Part shown: positions 38,839 through 50,441 of the stretch, piece by piece
Numbering within the stretch: the stretch's first letter is position 1
Layout of the letters: each line of letters starts with the position of its first letter
Origin: Bacteroidales bacterium
GTDB taxonomy: Bacteria; Bacteroidota; Bacteroidia; Bacteroidales; UBA1402
Reading direction: 5' to 3'
Assembly (NCBI GenBank): GCA_028709215.1
Contig: JAQVXI010000007.1
Span: 513 to 64,512 of the forward strand
DNA length: 64,000 bases
Notes under the pieces: model-generated
Databases searched by the model: none
What the model was told of the DNA's origin: nothing
Seen by the model: only the letters and a program-made list of their open reading frames with translations
Made by a program: the position numbers and the translations under genes

Positions 38839-39669
38839 ATGGAATCCATTCGACTCATCTCCATCAACCCGGACGTTAACATCGGCGGGAAACAACGCTT
38901 CACATTAATTGCGGGCCCCTGTGCTATAGAAAACGAACGTATGTGTCTGGAAACGGCGGAAACGCTTCAGTCGATCTGCCGGGAATTGTCCATACAGTTG
39001 GTTTTCAAGTCCTCTTTTGACAAAGCCAATCGATCTTCCATTTTAGCACCCAGAGGTGTGGGATTACAAGAAGGTCTTCGTATTCTTGAAAAAGTAAAGA
39101 ACGATTTGGGACTTCCCATCGTAACCGATGTGCACGAAGCCTGGCAATGCAAAACAGTTGCGGAGGTAGCAGATATGTTGCAAATACCCGCTTTTCTTTC
39201 CAGGCAAACCGATCTGCTTGTGGCTGCAGCCGAGACAAATCGTGTAGTCAATGTAAAAAAAGGACAATTCATGGCTCCCTGGGATATGAAAAATGTCATC
39301 AAAAAAATGGAAGAAGCCGGCAACGAGAAGCTATTGTTGTGTGAACGTGGCAGTAGCTTCGGCTACAACAATCTCATTGTTGACATGACCGGACTGGTTG
39401 AGATGCGCTCCTACGGATACCCCGTCGTCTTTGATGCAACACACGCCGTTCAAAAACCCGGAGGTCAGGGAACATCTACCGGTGGAAATCGGGAGATGGT
39501 TCCTCCATTGATGCGTGCAGCCTTAGCCATTGGCGTGGATGGCATCTTTGCCGAAGTACATCCCGATCCGGATCGAGCCTTTTCAGATGGGCCCAACCAA
39601 CTCCATTTGCATCAAGTTAAATCAATTCTGGCCAAGGCCATTGAAATAGATGACATCGTTAAGCAATAA
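38839..39669 (+). CDS. kdsA: 3-deoxy-8-phosphooctulonate (KDO-8-P) synthase
   Basis: 276 aa from MESIRLISI. Motifs [21 protein letters not shown] and [12 protein letters not shown]. Confidence 0.9.
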   Translation: MESIRLISINPDVNIGGKQRFTLIAGPCAIENERMCLETAETLQSICRELSIQLVFKSSFDKANRSSILAPRGVGLQEGLRILEKVKNDLGLPIVTDVHEAWQCKTVAEVADMLQIPAFLSRQTDLLVAAAETNRVVNVKKGQFMAPWDMKNVIKKMEEAGNEKLLLCERGSSFGYNNLIVDMTGLVEMRSYGYPVVFDATHAVQKPGGQGTSTGGNREMVPPLMRAALAIGVDGIFAEVHPDPDRAFSDGPNQLHLHQVKSILAKAIEIDDIVKQ

Positions 39670-39672
39670 ATC

Positions 39673-40626
39673 ATGAACATCGCAAAAAGAGGACAGACCG
39701 TTTTTCAACAGGAAATCGATTCCCTTCAAGCCGTTAAAAACCGTTTAAACTCAGACTTTGAAGCCGTTGTTGAACTCATCTACAATAGTTCCGCAAAGGT
39801 TGTGGTTACCGGAATTGGAAAAACCGGCCTCATCGGACAAAAAATTGCCGCATCGTTGGCTTCAACAGGAACGCAAGCCGTCTTTATGAATGCAACGGAT
39901 GCGGTTCACGGAGATTTGGGCATGGTCTGCGCAGGAGACATCGTCTTGGCGATTTCCAACAGTGGAAGCACCATTGAAATCACCAACATACTGGCTCCTC
40001 TTCGAAAAATCGGAACTACAATCGTAGCACTAACCGGTAGAAGAGAATCTCCACTGGGTCGTGAAGCCGATTTTATTCTTGATATTGCCGTTGATTCAGA
40101 AGCCTGCCCACTGGGTCTGGCCCCAACCAGTTCGACCACAGCCACATTGGTTATGGGTGATGCACTCTGCATCTGTCTGATGGAAAAACGAAACTTCAGT
40201 CGGGAACAGTACGCACTGTATCATCCCGGAGGAGCCTTAGGCCGACAATTGCTCAACCGCGTAGGCGATTTGATGACGGCTGAAATCCCCACTGTAAGCG
40301 AAAATGATAGCTTCAAGGACGTTGTCTTTGTCATCAGTGACCGTAGGAAAGGCATGACAATGGTCGTCAATTCAGAGGGAGAAATGACAGGGATTATCAC
40401 GGACGGAGATATTCGTCGTGCAATCCAACGATACGACGATATTCTTGACCGCAAAGCCATTGACTTTATGACCAAAGGCTTTAAAAAAATCTCAGAGAAA
40501 TCACTGATCAACGATGCACTTGACCTAATGACGGCCTGTAAAATCACCACCATTGTTGTGGATTCCGCTCAGCAACCCGGCCAAATCATTGGATTACTGA
40601 CCATCCATGACATCATCCACCTATAA
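39673..40626 (+). CDS. kdsD: Arabinose-5-phosphate isomerase (SIS domain plus two CBS domains)
   Basis: 317 aa. SIS motif VVVTGIGKTGLIGQKIAASLASTG. C-terminal CBS pair. Starts 3 nt after kdsA. Confidence 0.85.
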   Translation: MNIAKRGQTVFQQEIDSLQAVKNRLNSDFEAVVELIYNSSAKVVVTGIGKTGLIGQKIAASLASTGTQAVFMNATDAVHGDLGMVCAGDIVLAISNSGSTIEITNILAPLRKIGTTIVALTGRRESPLGREADFILDIAVDSEACPLGLAPTSSTTATLVMGDALCICLMEKRNFSREQYALYHPGGALGRQLLNRVGDLMTAEIPTVSENDSFKDVVFVISDRRKGMTMVVNSEGEMTGIITDGDIRRAIQRYDDILDRKAIDFMTKGFKKISEKSLINDALDLMTACKITTIVVDSAQQPGQIIGLLTIHDIIHL

Positions 40627-40632
40627 AAGCGA

Positions 40633-40661
40633 CAGCCGAAGAGAATAAATCTCTCCGGCTG
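40633..40661 (+). terminator. Hairpin downstream of kdsD (weak terminator candidate)
   Basis: CAGCCGAAGAGA-ATAAA-TCTCTCCGGCTG forms a 12-bp stem with one mismatch. There is no clear T-tract. Confidence 0.3.
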
Positions 40662-40714
40662 CCCAGTATTCAAAAGTGACTACTATTTTTCACATAGCAT
40701 CGTTCCAACAATCC

Positions 40715-40759
40715 CTTTTTTTAAAGAAAAACTGCCTCAACGAAATCGAAGAGGCAGTT
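40715..40759 (-). terminator. Rho-independent terminator after the SusC/SusD/lipoprotein unit
   Basis: Minus strand reads AACTGCCTC-(12-nt loop)-GAGGCAGTT followed by TTTTCTTTAAAAAAA. Confidence 0.6.
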
Positions 40760-40781
40760 TAACAATAAAATCACGGCTACA

Positions 40782-42407
40782 TTACCACCATCTGGGATCT
40801 CCTACTTTGTTTATCAGACTTTCCAACGTGATGGTGTAATCATTGGCTTCTGCATTTGCAAACAATTCGGCACTGGCCAAACCGGCATCTTCTACGTCAT
40901 TCAAAGGTGACGTTGGAGCAGCGGCACCATCAGCCGTATACCAAAGCATGTCAGAGGAACGATAGCACTTATCAATGGTTATGCTCGTAGTGGTCGTCGA
41001 ACGTACACCGTTAATGCCCGCTCCTGCTTTGCCCGGTCCGATCAGACAATTGCGAAGGACAATCCCTCCTGCGACCGGCTTACCATTAAAATCAACCAAA
41101 TAAATGTTAGAACCGGGAGAATGACAAATCGTTACGTTCTCAACCAATAGGGAGTTGGGACCAACCGTTGGTTTGGTTGCAACGAATAATTTGTCCGCAT
41201 GCGATAGCGTTGTATTCTTTACAGAAATATCCAGCACCGTAGAAGCTGCATTATCCACGTTCACAATGCCATATCCACCGATGGAGTCAATCATACAGTT
41301 CTCAATGCTTACCTGATTCAGTGTGGCCTGCGTTTGAAGACGTACGACCCCACGCTTGTAACGAATATCACAATCCGTAAACGAAAGACTGTTCATATTT
41401 CCTCCGGACTTATTGAAGTTAAACAGATAGGTTCCACCATAGTTCGAGTCCAGTTTGGTCTTGCCCGATGTTGTACCTTCGGTAAAGATCAACTTGGAAA
41501 AACTCAACGAAGTCACTGAATCGGCTTCTGCAACACCAAAGTTGCTGTTTACATGCAGTACAGCATAGCCGGCAAAACTCAAACCCGTCGTGATGTTGGC
41601 ACGTACCCGATCTGAAAAATACAAACTGGGGATTTCATAGGCAACACCACCATCCAGAACGATGGTAAACTCCTGGTCAGCGTATTGTGCACAAAGCGTA
41701 GTCACATAATCCTGAGTGAGCACTTTCAAAGCAGAATCCGCTGTAAGACCGCGCAGATCTACAACATTCTCACCAAAGTCCTGTGAGGCTGCCGTTGTAT
41801 ACGATTTCTTCCCATAATACGTTCCGGAAGCATCATACACACGGATAACATACGTTTCGTTCGCCTTCAAACCACCTACAATTTTGAATGCATTTGAGCG
41901 ATCGGTATCGGTAAGCGCAAGGGTAAGGGTCGTATCTGCACCCTCGACCTCGATGTAATCGTAAACAACCTCTGAAGGCGTCCACGACATGCGCACGGCA
42001 TTGTCCAACAAATCGATTGCTGTCGGAGACAACAACAAAGTTGGATAATCGTCGGTCTTAATTCCACCAACCGCATACCAATTGGAATTGAGGGATTCGT
42101 CAAACGAACGAATCCGACATTGATACTCTGTATCGTAATCCAAGCTATCAAACTGGTGGAAGGGTTCCGTTGTCGTAACCTGCTTGGCAACCGTAGCAAA
42201 CGAGTCCACGGATAGTTCCAATTCAAAATAATTCACACCTTCAAAACGATCCCATTCCACCCGAACCCAGGTGCCACCTTTGGATACTTTCTGAAAAATG
42301 GGGCGAAACAGGCGATCGGGATCACCGAGGTCTTGCTCATCTACGCAAGCGACGAATGCAAGGGCGCTTAGAACCAATGCCGTCAGTTTTATCCATTTGT
42401 TTTTCAT
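40782..42407 (-). CDS. Cell-surface lipoprotein: Fn3-like N-terminal domains plus a parallel beta-helix (pectate-lyase-fold) domain; SusD-adjacent, SGBP-like position
   Basis: Start at MKNKWIKLTALVLSALAFVAC (lipobox), 4 nt after the SusD stop. Fn3-like WVRVEWDRFEGVNYFELE. Beta-helix repeats (NCMIDSIGGYGIVNV, VKNTTLSH, VENVTICH, LRNCLIG). Confidence 0.6.
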   Translation of the reverse strand: MKNKWIKLTALVLSALAFVACVDEQDLGDPDRLFRPIFQKVSKGGTWVRVEWDRFEGVNYFELELSVDSFATVAKQVTTTEPFHQFDSLDYDTEYQCRIRSFDESLNSNWYAVGGIKTDDYPTLLLSPTAIDLLDNAVRMSWTPSEVVYDYIEVEGADTTLTLALTDTDRSNAFKIVGGLKANETYVIRVYDASGTYYGKKSYTTAASQDFGENVVDLRGLTADSALKVLTQDYVTTLCAQYADQEFTIVLDGGVAYEIPSLYFSDRVRANITTGLSFAGYAVLHVNSNFGVAEADSVTSLSFSKLIFTEGTTSGKTKLDSNYGGTYLFNFNKSGGNMNSLSFTDCDIRYKRGVVRLQTQATLNQVSIENCMIDSIGGYGIVNVDNAASTVLDISVKNTTLSHADKLFVATKPTVGPNSLLVENVTICHSPGSNIYLVDFNGKPVAGGIVLRNCLIGPGKAGAGINGVRSTTTTSITIDKCYRSSDMLWYTADGAAAPTSPLNDVEDAGLASAELFANAEANDYTITLESLINKVGDPRWW

Positions 42408-42411
42408 TGTA

Positions 42412-44385
42412 TTAATCATTTAATCTATAACCATCGTTCGTTAGATAATCGGAAGTAGCAACCGTTGCCGCTCCAATTGCAAGCAAATAGCCAACCGGCT
42501 TTCCAGCCAAATAATCCGATTCCGGATACCCTCTCCATGTACGCATGGTATAATCTGCCGGTTCGTAGGTAATTTCACCCGTCGTCGTATTGGTCACTTT
42601 CTTGTAGGCATTGCTGCACCAGCCTACCTGAGCATAATCCGAACCATCATTGGACAAGTTCTCCGCATCAACCGTTGTGGACGGAACTTCGGCTGCAGGT
42701 AACTCCCATCGAGTATTCAAGAACTCAACCACCCCGTTTCTCTTTGTATAATACAACTTACGTGCGTAGTGCTTGTATTTGGCTACATCCGGATTTGCCA
42801 GATCCAAATCATTGGCGGCTTTACCCATATTATCCAGTGCCGTACGCGTTTGATGCACCTTTTCGCCATACAAATTCCAGCGAACCAAATCGAATTTTCT
42901 TAAACACTCTCCTCCAAACTCCCACGCACGTTCGTCTACCAACGCGTTAAAAAAGTCTGCTTTAGAGGCGGCCACACTGTCCACATACGCCGTAACTTTG
43001 GATGCATGATCGGCCGCATCAAAAGCACGGGCACGTACCCGATTCAATTGTGCCTTTGCCAACGAGGTGGGTCCATTCAATTCATTTTCTGCTTCAGCCA
43101 ACATCAACAGAACATCCGAATAACGCATCAAAGGCCAGTTGATACCGGTTGACTTGGACGATCCGGAACCTGGGCTTTGAGGAAGTTTCAAACGGCTCCA
43201 CTTACCCGGACTTGAATTGTTGAAGGATGCAGCAATCTGGTCATCATCCCACTTATATTCAATCATACTAACCGTTGTTTCAAAACGTTTGTCCTTTTCA
43301 TCAAACGAATAGACATACGTTGCCGGAAAGCGCACATACGAGGTTCCTGCACCATACGAGCTGGCTTGAACCGATACACCGATACACCAACCCACATCGC
43401 CGCCACTGTTTGTATTTCCAAAAGCGACTTCGTACAACACATCGTCGTTGACCGGTTTGATCCAACGGGACTGATTGTCAAAGACTTCCTGAAAATCCGG
43501 ATTCAACTCACGATCCTTCAGGGCAATCAAATACTCCGCATAGTCTTTTGCCAATTGATAGTATTCGGTATACGTTCTTGCTGTTTTTGTAACTCCGTTC
43601 AGGGTATACGTTACCGCCAAGCTGTCGTTTGTAGCAACGTCAAGATAGTCGTCAGCACGTTTCATGGTGCCATCGTACGTCATACCATACCCGGCACGAA
43701 ACAAAGACAAGCGTGTAATCAATCCCAAACACCACTCACGATTCATACGTTCGATGCCATCGGAAAATTCATCCGCAAAAAACATGTTGGATTCTGCATG
43801 TACCAAATCCTGTATCATTCCGGAATAAATGACATTCTTATCGGTTCGTGGCAAATCCAATTGCAAGCCGGCTTTTGCAGCTTCACGATAATAAGGTACA
43901 TCTCCCCAATAATTGGTCAATAGAAAATAACGATACGCACGCAGACAGTAGGCTTCTCCCAACATCATCTGCATTTCGGGATTTGCAGCAATACTGCTTG
44001 CCTGAATGCCTTCAATCACCTGATTGGCACGTTCAATGGCCAAATAGTTGTTATCCCAGGCCTTCTTTACATCCCCAAAACTACTCAACAGATCCCCCTG
44101 AAGAGACCAAACATCGCGTCGCGATCCATCCGGATTGGCACTAACACCATTTGCTTCAACGTCCGTATTTTGGTTGAAGTGATTGGACATACGGGAGGTA
44201 TAGGGATCTTCCGTAAATAAGGCATACGCCCCCAGCAAAACTCGTTTCGCCTCTGCCGTATTGGAGAACACATAATCCGAATCAAAAGAGGACGGAGACT
44301 CCACATCCAAGAAATCGCTACAGGCAAGCACGCTTCCCACAGCAAGAACCAGAAGGGACTTTTGAATATATTTTATCGTTTTCAT
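42412..44385 (-). CDS. SusD/RagB-family nutrient-binding outer-membrane lipoprotein
   Basis: 657 aa. Lipoprotein signal ending LACSDFLDVESP, characteristic of SusD. TPR-like helical content. Lies directly downstream of SusC. Confidence 0.9.
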   Translation of the reverse strand: MKTIKYIQKSLLVLAVGSVLACSDFLDVESPSSFDSDYVFSNTAEAKRVLLGAYALFTEDPYTSRMSNHFNQNTDVEANGVSANPDGSRRDVWSLQGDLLSSFGDVKKAWDNNYLAIERANQVIEGIQASSIAANPEMQMMLGEAYCLRAYRYFLLTNYWGDVPYYREAAKAGLQLDLPRTDKNVIYSGMIQDLVHAESNMFFADEFSDGIERMNREWCLGLITRLSLFRAGYGMTYDGTMKRADDYLDVATNDSLAVTYTLNGVTKTARTYTEYYQLAKDYAEYLIALKDRELNPDFQEVFDNQSRWIKPVNDDVLYEVAFGNTNSGGDVGWCIGVSVQASSYGAGTSYVRFPATYVYSFDEKDKRFETTVSMIEYKWDDDQIAASFNNSSPGKWSRLKLPQSPGSGSSKSTGINWPLMRYSDVLLMLAEAENELNGPTSLAKAQLNRVRARAFDAADHASKVTAYVDSVAASKADFFNALVDERAWEFGGECLRKFDLVRWNLYGEKVHQTRTALDNMGKAANDLDLANPDVAKYKHYARKLYYTKRNGVVEFLNTRWELPAAEVPSTTVDAENLSNDGSDYAQVGWCSNAYKKVTNTTTGEITYEPADYTMRTWRGYPESDYLAGKPVGYLLAIGAATVATSDYLTNDGYRLND

Positions 44386-44402
44386 CGTAGTACTTTTTTA
44401 AA

Positions 44403-47400
44403 TTAGAAGGTTAGATTCAATCCGATGGTTGTGGATAGACTCTTTGGGTAACCGGAATAATCAACACCCGGCGTGATGCCTGAGGTTGAACTGTTTCTCA
44501 AAGCCGTATTGACTTCGGGGTCGTAACCGGAATAGTTGGTCAAAACAAACACGTTGTTCAACGTACAGTACACACGAAACTGTTCGCAACCTACACGCAT
44601 ACTAACATCTCTGGGAAGCGTATAACCCAAGGTCACATTCTGCAAACGCAAGAAGGATCCATCCTCAATTGCCCATGAGTGCAATGCTGTTACGGCATTT
44701 CCAAAGGAATGTGGAGACCACATATTCTTTTTGTTTGCTCCTTCTTCGTTCATCGCTTTGAGGGTTGCCAAATCCGTAACAATCTCACCGGAGGCATCCA
44801 GGTAACGATAGGAATTGGCCGAATTCATGCTGTTTAATAAGTTCGTATACGTCGTACGATACCGTTGACTGGTTGCAATCTTGTTGGCGTTGTATACGTC
44901 GTTGCCATAGACGAAACTAAACAACATACTGGCGTCAAACCCATGATAAGTCGCATTCAGACCAAAACCACCCACAAAGTCCGGATTTGCATTTCCGATG
45001 TAGGTTCGGTCGTTTTCATCCACCTTGGTTGCATCGTCATCCAGATTTTTAAACTTGACAGTACCGGGACGAACACCAATAACGCCACCGAGCAAACCTA
45101 TATCGGGCACACCCGCTTTTAGTTTGTAATCGGTTGTAGAGTTCCAATATTCAAAATCATCGGTGGTGTAATAACCATCTGTAACAAAGCCATACATCAT
45201 ACCGACAGGTTTACCGACCCGTACATGAAAGTCGTAGTAACCCTTCATATCCGTACTGGCCCAACCGGATGCATACTCTTGCACATCGACGCCTTCTGCC
45301 AGCTTATCTACGTTGGAACGATTGAAGCCAATGTTGAAATTGGCAGACAACGTCATGTTTTTCTTTTCAATCAGGTAGCTGTTGAAGGAGAACTCAATAC
45401 CTCGGTTGGATGTCTGTCCTACATTCTGATACTGTGTCGTATAGCCCGGAGCCACAATAGAACTGGCAATCAACAAATCTTTGGTCGTGTTCCAATAGAC
45501 ATCAACCATACCACTGATTCGATCATCCCACAGTCCAAAGTCCAAACCCAGGTCACGTGTAATGGTGGTTTCCCATTTCAGATCCGGGTTGGGCAGTTGA
45601 GCGTTCGTAGCACCGTAATAGTTGTTCGGTTGGTCACCAATGCTATAGGTTTTGCTGTTTTTGATGCTGTAATCCAGCTTATATAGGGTATTTCCAATAC
45701 GAACATTCCCTACTTCACCGTAACTCAGGCGTAATTTCAAATTGCTAAACAAGGATTGACCCGACATAAATTCTTCTTCAGACATACGCCAGGCAGCCGA
45801 TGCAGCCGGGAAGAAACCCCACTGATTGGGTCCGGGACGGAATTTGGATGTCCCGTCTTCACGCGCGGTAAAGGTAACCAAATAGCGATCCAAGTAATTG
45901 TAATTGACGCGTCCAAAGAAAGAAGAGAAATTTTCATTCGGGCTAACGTTGCTTGAGATGCGGCTTGTGGCGCCCAGACCCAGGTTTGCAAAAATCTTAT
46001 CCGGAGTCAATTCTACACCATAGCCCGTTGAATAAACATAGTTGTTAAAACGTTTGTACGACGTAACTTCTTGACCGACCATGGCATTGATGCGGTGGAC
46101 ATCCAAGTTGAAATTATACGTCAACGTATTGGCAACGCGGTACTTGTTTGTATTTTCCTTGGTCCAATCAACCAAAGGCAATCCACCCACATACGATGCA
46201 TTGTTGGTATACTGTCCCCAATAATTTTTGGTTTCATTAAACGCATAATTGTACCCCGCTTCCAAGCGATAGGTCATCCCTTGAATGATGTTCCAATCCA
46301 AAGCTCCCGTAAAATTAAACGTGCGGTTGTTCTTACGTTTCCAATATTGAGCCGCCTGTTCAGACAAAGACATCGTGCTGCGGTTGTATTCTTCCAACTC
46401 GTCTTCGGTCATACTCGACAGATCCGGTATGATAAATTCCGTCAAACCGCGCGTAGCCATCGACGTCAATGCTTGCGTTGTACGCACTTTGTACGTATCT
46501 CCGGATGTACCCGCACCATTGACCTCGGTGTCAGCCATGCGCATGTTGAAAGAGAGTTTCAACTTGTCGGAAATATCGTGATTCATCTTAAAATTCAAAC
46601 CTAGGCGTGTGTAGTCGTTGTTTTCCATCAAGCCCCCGTCGTAGTTGTAGTTTCCGCTCAACGCAAATTGCGTTTTGTCCGTACCACCGGTAACCGAAAG
46701 GCTGTGTTGTTTGGATGTCACATTGGCTCCAAACATATCCTCTTGCCAATCAATGGGTTCAATATACTTATACAAATCCAAATCCTCGTAAACACCAAAG
46801 GTTTTTTCAAAGTTTTTGATTCCGTCCTCACCACCAAAAGCAGCCAGTTCGTAATTGTACATGACATACTCATAGGTATCCATGACATCCAAACGCTTAG
46901 ACAAACGTTTATTTTGCAAAAATCCACTGTAATTCACTTTGGTTTTCCCGCCTTTGGCCGATTTCGTTGTAATGATCACAACACCATTCGCTCCTTGAGA
47001 ACCATAAATAGCAGTAGAGGATGCATCTTTTAAGACATCGATCGACTCGATATCCGCCGGAGAAACATCACTAATGCTGGAAACCGGAAAACCATCTACA
47101 ATGTATAAAGGAGAGTTATCACCCGTAACAGAGCCTCCCCCGCGCACACGTATCAAAATCTCAGCATCCGGAGATCCATCCGCCGTTGTAATTTGAACCC
47201 CCGGCAAACGTCCAGCCATCGCAGTGGCCACGTTGGCTACAGGAAGCTTCGCCAATTGCTGTCCGGAAACAGAGGCAACCGCACCCGTCAAATCTCTTTT
47301 ACGCATGGTCCCGTAACCAACCACAACCACATCTTCCATGGCCACGGTATTCTCTTCCAGTTTAATATTGAAATTTGTTTTTCCGTTAACAGGCACCTCC

Positions 47401-47657
47401 TGGGTTAGCATTCCTACGTAGGATACGACCAGTGTTTTGCCTCGTTGAGTTAGATTGAAAGAGAATTTACCATCCAGGTCGGTGGTAGTACCGTTGCCAG
47501 GCGTCTCTTTTTCGACCACCGTTGCACCAACAACGGGATCACCAAAATCGTCCACGATTGTTCCCGTAAGCACTTTCCCCTGTCCAAAGACCGGAATCGA
47601 CACGGAAACAATCCACATTAGGACCAAAAGACCTCTGCAGAAATGATTCTTTTGCAT
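44403..47657 (-). CDS. SusC/RagA-family TonB-dependent transporter
   Basis: Start at MQKNHFCRGLLVLMWIV. Carboxypeptidase-regulatory-like N-terminal domain (GTIVDDFGDPVVGATVV...TDLDGKFSF). SusC signature VVVVGYGTMRKRDLTGAV. C-terminal GLNLTF. Confidence 0.9.
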   Translation of the reverse strand: MQKNHFCRGLLVLMWIVSVSIPVFGQGKVLTGTIVDDFGDPVVGATVVEKETPGNGTTTDLDGKFSFNLTQRGKTLVVSYVGMLTQEVPVNGKTNFNIKLEENTVAMEDVVVVGYGTMRKRDLTGAVASVSGQQLAKLPVANVATAMAGRLPGVQITTADGSPDAEILIRVRGGGSVTGDNSPLYIVDGFPVSSISDVSPADIESIDVLKDASSTAIYGSQGANGVVIITTKSAKGGKTKVNYSGFLQNKRLSKRLDVMDTYEYVMYNYELAAFGGEDGIKNFEKTFGVYEDLDLYKYIEPIDWQEDMFGANVTSKQHSLSVTGGTDKTQFALSGNYNYDGGLMENNDYTRLGLNFKMNHDISDKLKLSFNMRMADTEVNGAGTSGDTYKVRTTQALTSMATRGLTEFIIPDLSSMTEDELEEYNRSTMSLSEQAAQYWKRKNNRTFNFTGALDWNIIQGMTYRLEAGYNYAFNETKNYWGQYTNNASYVGGLPLVDWTKENTNKYRVANTLTYNFNLDVHRINAMVGQEVTSYKRFNNYVYSTGYGVELTPDKIFANLGLGATSRISSNVSPNENFSSFFGRVNYNYLDRYLVTFTAREDGTSKFRPGPNQWGFFPAASAAWRMSEEEFMSGQSLFSNLKLRLSYGEVGNVRIGNTLYKLDYSIKNSKTYSIGDQPNNYYGATNAQLPNPDLKWETTITRDLGLDFGLWDDRISGMVDVYWNTTKDLLIASSIVAPGYTTQYQNVGQTSNRGIEFSFNSYLIEKKNMTLSANFNIGFNRSNVDKLAEGVDVQEYASGWASTDMKGYYDFHVRVGKPVGMMYGFVTDGYYTTDDFEYWNSTTDYKLKAGVPDIGLLGGVIGVRPGTVKFKNLDDDATKVDENDRTYIGNANPDFVGGFGLNATYHGFDASMLFSFVYGNDVYNANKIATSQRYRTTYTNLLNSMNSANSYRYLDASGEIVTDLATLKAMNEEGANKKNMWSPHSFGNAVTALHSWAIEDGSFLRLQNVTLGYTLPRDVSMRVGCEQFRVYCTLNNVFVLTNYSGYDPEVNTALRNSSTSGITPGVDYSGYPKSLSTTIGLNLTF

Positions 47658-47697
47658 TGTATCAGAATTAGGGTTAATAAAACGTATTCGTTCTGGA

Positions 47698-47705
47698 CAA
47701 ATGTA
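47698..47705 (-). promoter_or_regulatory. Bacteroidota -7 promoter box (TAcaTTTG) for the susC-like gene
   Basis: Minus strand reads TACATTTG, 41 nt upstream of the ATG at 47657. Confidence 0.4.
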
Positions 47706-47756
47706 AAAAAAACACAATAACACGATGTATGCAAACGTGTAGAATTTCGTTCAAAT

Positions 47757-47795
47757 CTAAAAAAAATAAAAAATCCGCCTCTTTCGAGGCGGATT
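47757..47795 (-). terminator. Rho-independent terminator after gyrB
   Basis: Minus strand reads AATCCGCCTC-GAAA-GAGGCGGATT (10-bp stem) followed by TTTTTATTTTTTTT, about 22 nt past the gyrB stop. Confidence 0.8.
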
Positions 47796-47817
47796 GTGCA
47801 ATATTTGACGTTAAATT

Positions 47818-49866
<2,049 letters not shown>

Positions 49867-49867
49867 T

Positions 49868-49896
49868 CAAAAAAAAAGGCCGCACAGCGTGCAGCC
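49868..49896 (-). terminator. Rho-independent terminator after rpsT
   Basis: Minus strand reads GGCTGCAC-GCT-GTGCGGCC (8-bp stem including one G-U pair) followed by TTTTTTTTTG. Confidence 0.7.
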
Positions 49897-49916
49897 TCAC
49901 AGTTCATTCAACCGAA

Positions 49917-50168
49917 TTAAAGTGCGTTGACCGTTTTGCTCAACTTAGACTTCAAGTTTGCGGCTTTATTCTTGTGGATCACATTCTTTTTAGCCAGACG
50001 ATCCAACATGGATGCCACCTTGGGCAACATGGTCAATGCCACTTCCTTGTCGGTCGCTGCACGCAAGTCACGAACTGCGTTACGTGCAGTTTTTGCATAA
50101 TAACGATTATGCAGACGTTTGGCTTGAGTGGAACGAATTCTTTTCAATGAAGATTTGTGATTTGCCAT
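49917..50168 (-). CDS. rpsT: 30S ribosomal protein S20
   Basis: 83 aa, basic. [31 protein letters not shown] is typical of S20. Confidence 0.9.
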   Translation of the reverse strand: MANHKSSLKRIRSTQAKRLHNRYYAKTARNAVRDLRAATDKEVALTMLPKVASMLDRLAKKNVIHKNKAANLKSKLSKTVNAL

Positions 50169-50201
50169 CTTATATTCGCTTTAATGTTTTTTTATTTTTA
50201 G

Positions 50202-50273
50202 TAGCCCATAGGGGAGTCGAACCCCTCTTTCAAGAATGAAAATCTTGCGTCCTAACCGATAGACGAATGGGCC
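50202..50273 (-). tRNA. tRNA-Glu (anticodon UUC)
   Basis: Minus strand reads GGCCCATTCGTCTATCGGTTAGGACGCAAGATTTTCATTCTTGAAAGAGGGGTTCGACTCCCCTATGGGCTA. It folds as a 72-nt cloverleaf with anticodon loop TTTTCAT. No encoded CCA. Confidence 0.85.
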
Positions 50274-50325
50274 AGCCTGGCTTTGCTTCCTCAACACCCT
50301 TTGGCATTGATCTGGAAAGCGGGTG

Positions 50326-50356
50326 CAAAGATAGAATGCTTTTTTCTATTCGCAAA
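50326..50356 (-). promoter_or_regulatory. Bacteroidota promoter (-33 TTTG, 19-nt spacer, -7 TAtcTTTG) for tRNA-Glu (and probably rpsT)
   Basis: Minus strand reads aTGTTTGcgaatagaaaaaagcattcTATCTTTGcac. The -7 box lies ~53 nt upstream of the tRNA 5' end. A second GAAAATATTTGC repeat sits just upstream. Confidence 0.5.
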
Positions 50357-50441
50357 CATTTTCGGCAAATATTTTCAGCAAGGTTGAAAAAAAACAATCC
50401 ATTCTTTTACAAATATCTGAAAATCAAATTCGATTTACAAA

